Shown here: positions 61,956 to 64,000 of the stretch, piece after piece
Numbering within the stretch: position 1 is the first letter of the stretch
Layout of the letters: every line of letters begins with the position of its first letter
Virus record (IMG/VR): IMGVR_UViG_3300009193_000002
Length of the DNA stretch: 64,000 nt
Strand: one strand, 5' to 3'
DNA from: a virus
Program-made: the position numbers and the translations under genes
The notes under the pieces: generated by a model
What the model saw: only the letters and a program-made list of their open reading frames with translations
Databases searched by the model: none
What the model was told of the DNA's origin: nothing

Positions 61956-63353
61956 ATGCAAACTAACTACCCAGAAATTGATTCAGCCACGTATTCAGCT
62001 GAAGACAACAAGCTACGTATTTACACTAACGACCGTATCAGCGATGAGCTGTATGGTGAGCTCAAAGAGCTAGGCTTCAAGTGGGCTCCGATGCAAAAAT
62101 TTTATGGCGCCGCGTGGAATACAAAACGTGAAGACATGGCGATTGCTTTGGCCGGTTCGATTGAGCCTGAGGGCACCACGATGGCTGAGCGTGCTGAAAT
62201 AAAATCCCAGCGTTTGATTGAGATGACCGAGAAGAAAATTCAGCGTGCGTCAGGGTATGCTGAAGCGGCTCAAACTATTGCGGCCAAGATGAGTCACCAG
62301 CCAATTTTGGCCGGTCATCACAGCCAACGCAAAGCGGAAAAAATGAAAGATTCTGCGGAGCGATCGGAGGCAAAAGCCAAAGAGATGGAAAGCAATATTC
62401 AGTATTGGAAGTGGAAAATCTCCGGAGTTATTCACCACGCCAACAAGAAAGCCGATGCGTACACTCGTTCGAATCGCATTAAAACTTTGCTGGCTGATTT
62501 GCGAAAGCACCAACGCAGCTTGAACGATGATGAGTTTCGTTTGAGCTTGTGGGTTCGCTTGGACAAAAAGCGGGATTCAGAAACGATTGATCAGTCTGTT
62601 AAGCAGATTTGCAATCACTATAAATATTCAGTGAATGGCAGCTGGGGCAAATTGAACGACGGTGAGTGGACGACTAGCCATGCAATTGACGTCAATTTAA
62701 AAGCGGCTCAGAAAATTGCGGATTCCAATTTTCACTATCGTTGGATTAATCATATCTTAAATCGCTTGTCGTATGAGCAAAGCTTTTTTGCTGAGACGTC
62801 AAAATTTGAAGGCCAGTTGACTGCGCCAATTCTGCAAACGTTTTGCAGAACACACGGCGCTGAGAAACCGACGGCAAAAGCCACGGAGGGGGGCAAATGG
62901 AAGGTGACAAGCGTTCAATCGCTTCCGATTCAAATTGGTGAAGGTAAAAGTTTGGAGCTGTTAGCGAGCGAATGGGTTGACCTGATGGCCTCGCTTGATT
63001 ACACCGTCCCTGCTCCACCGCCAAAGAAAGCGCCAATTGTGAATCCGTGTGCTGAGTTATTCTCTCATGCTGGAGTGCGTGGCTATGGCGGCAAGCTGGA
63101 GATGATGGAAATTGTTGAGATGACCAAAGCGGACTATGCCAAGCAGCGAGGTGAAATCCGTGGCACGCGTGATTCTTACTGTGGTGAGGTTCGGGTAAAG
63201 GTTACGATCGACACCCGAGAAGCGGCTCAAAAAGAAGCATGGTACTGCCGTCCTTGGGTGGTTGTTTCGTTAACGGATTCGAAGAAACATAAAATCGAAT
63301 CCATCTCGTTTGTAAAACAAGGGGAGTATGTGGCCGGTGAAGAGACTGCATAA
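61956..63353 (+). CDS. DUF3560-like protein
   Basis: SHQPILAGHHSQRKAEK resembles the GQPILVGHHSE-R core of DUF3560 proteins from plasmid leading regions and phages. 465 aa. Confidence 0.55.
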   Translation: MQTNYPEIDSATYSAEDNKLRIYTNDRISDELYGELKELGFKWAPMQKFYGAAWNTKREDMAIALAGSIEPEGTTMAERAEIKSQRLIEMTEKKIQRASGYAEAAQTIAAKMSHQPILAGHHSQRKAEKMKDSAERSEAKAKEMESNIQYWKWKISGVIHHANKKADAYTRSNRIKTLLADLRKHQRSLNDDEFRLSLWVRLDKKRDSETIDQSVKQICNHYKYSVNGSWGKLNDGEWTTSHAIDVNLKAAQKIADSNFHYRWINHILNRLSYEQSFFAETSKFEGQLTAPILQTFCRTHGAEKPTAKATEGGKWKVTSVQSLPIQIGEGKSLELLASEWVDLMASLDYTVPAPPPKKAPIVNPCAELFSHAGVRGYGGKLEMMEIVEMTKADYAKQRGEIRGTRDSYCGEVRVKVTIDTREAAQKEAWYCRPWVVVSLTDSKKHKIESISFVKQGEYVAGEETA

Positions 63354-63987
63354 CGTTGGTGGTATGGGGGCGGCGGCTTTTCGCCGCCCTGACAAGCCGC
63401 TCTATGCGGTCAAGCCCTGCACAAAATCGATTGAGGCTGAGTTGACGTTAGATTGTGGCCCAAAAATTGAGATTGTAACGGTCGATAAAAGTACCGAGTG
63501 TCATGTGACACCTTCGGATGTTGCTCAGCGTATGGTCGAATATGTGGCGTGGGATTTTTATACTCATGAATCCTATGTGTTGGAGCCTAGTTTTGGCACA
63601 GGTCAAATTCTTCGAGAGTTGTTGAAACATGACTGGGCCAAAGTAGTCGGGGTTGAATTAAATATTCAGTTAGCCTCTCGGGTACAGCATACGCCGGATT
63701 TCAGTTATGTTGAAAAACATCAAATGGACTTTTTAGATTATCAGCCAGATATTGAGTTCACTTGTATTTGTATGAATCCCCCCTTCACTCCAGTGGTAAA
63801 GCATATGCAACATGCGTATGATTTGCTGGTCGAGGGGGGCATCATGATTGCCTTGGTTCCGACCAGTTATAACGAGGCTAAATTAAAAGGTGATTTTTCT
63901 TTTACCGAATTGGAAGTCTTACCAAACGACACGTTTGCAACCGCAAAAGTAAATACTAAAATCGTGGAGATTATAAAGAATGCGTGA
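63328..63987 (+). CDS. N6-adenine DNA methyltransferase (orphan, gamma-type motif order)
   Basis: VLEPSFGTGQIL (motif I, SAM binding) followed by CMNPPF (motif IV). No nuclease partner is seen within the window. The start may be 63328 or the internal ATG at 63364. Confidence 0.8.
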   Translation: MWPVKRLHNVGGMGAAAFRRPDKPLYAVKPCTKSIEAELTLDCGPKIEIVTVDKSTECHVTPSDVAQRMVEYVAWDFYTHESYVLEPSFGTGQILRELLKHDWAKVVGVELNIQLASRVQHTPDFSYVEKHQMDFLDYQPDIEFTCICMNPPFTPVVKHMQHAYDLLVEGGIMIALVPTSYNEAKLKGDFSFTELEVLPNDTFATAKVNTKIVEIIKNA

Positions 63988-64000
63988 AATTAACTATGAG

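Larger units (their letters stand above)
1..64000. mobile_element. Contiguous temperate tailed-phage genome segment (lambda-like siphovirus layout)
   Basis: Replication, integration (integrase+attP), lysis, tail, head and terminase modules are all present. No host housekeeping genes were seen. Confidence 0.85.

Noticed and set aside
247-61958. TTGACG within the conserved block acting as a sigma70 -35 hexamer, giving one promoter per gene.
   Set aside because: Sequences 16-18 nt downstream lie inside the coding regions and show no conserved -10-like hexamer. This was checked for the three perfect copies at 57066, 57540 and 58005. The block also always abuts an ATG, which fits a translational role.

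Overview
The window reads as one contiguous temperate tailed-phage genome with lambda-like siphovirus architecture and no obvious host housekeeping genes. All function calls rest on motifs read by eye, because no database search was possible. The left arm (+, 1-13.7 kb) holds a replication and recombination module: family A DNA polymerase, DnaQ-like exonuclease, MazG-like NTP pyrophosphohydrolase, an AEP primase-polymerase fused to a P-loop helicase, a ProQ/FinO-domain protein, a RecU-like nuclease and SbcD/SbcC-like proteins. It ends with a DUF4224-like protein, a tyrosine integrase and an attP that carries the 3' part of a tRNA-Ser(UGA). The centre (-, 13.9-50.8 kb) runs from a lysis cluster with a GH108 endolysin, through a tail-fibre cluster, to a lambda-like tail module. 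That module has a 2860-aa J-like protein, I, a split K, L, M, a 1985-aa tape measure, G/GT with a T7 slippery site, and the major tail protein. Next comes a lambda-like head module (capsid, decoration, protease/scaffold, portal, gpA-type large terminase). The right arm (+, 50.8-64 kb) carries a D5/P4-type SF3 helicase, about 1.7 kb of repeat-rich non-coding DNA, and about 15 small early genes of unknown function ending in a DUF3560-like protein and an orphan N6-adenine methyltransferase. The most unusual signals are four. First, a near-invariant block GGAAATTGACG+ATG sits at about 28 gene starts on both strands, with two orphan copies. Second, eleven copies of the hairpin GGGGGCAYRTGCCCCC lie just upstream of many of these blocks, including three perfect 37-nt stop-hairpin-RBS-start junctions. 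Third, the phage encodes a ProQ/FinO-type RNA-binding protein that could act on such structures. Fourth, there are iteron/operator-like repeat arrays at 55.1-56.6 kb.
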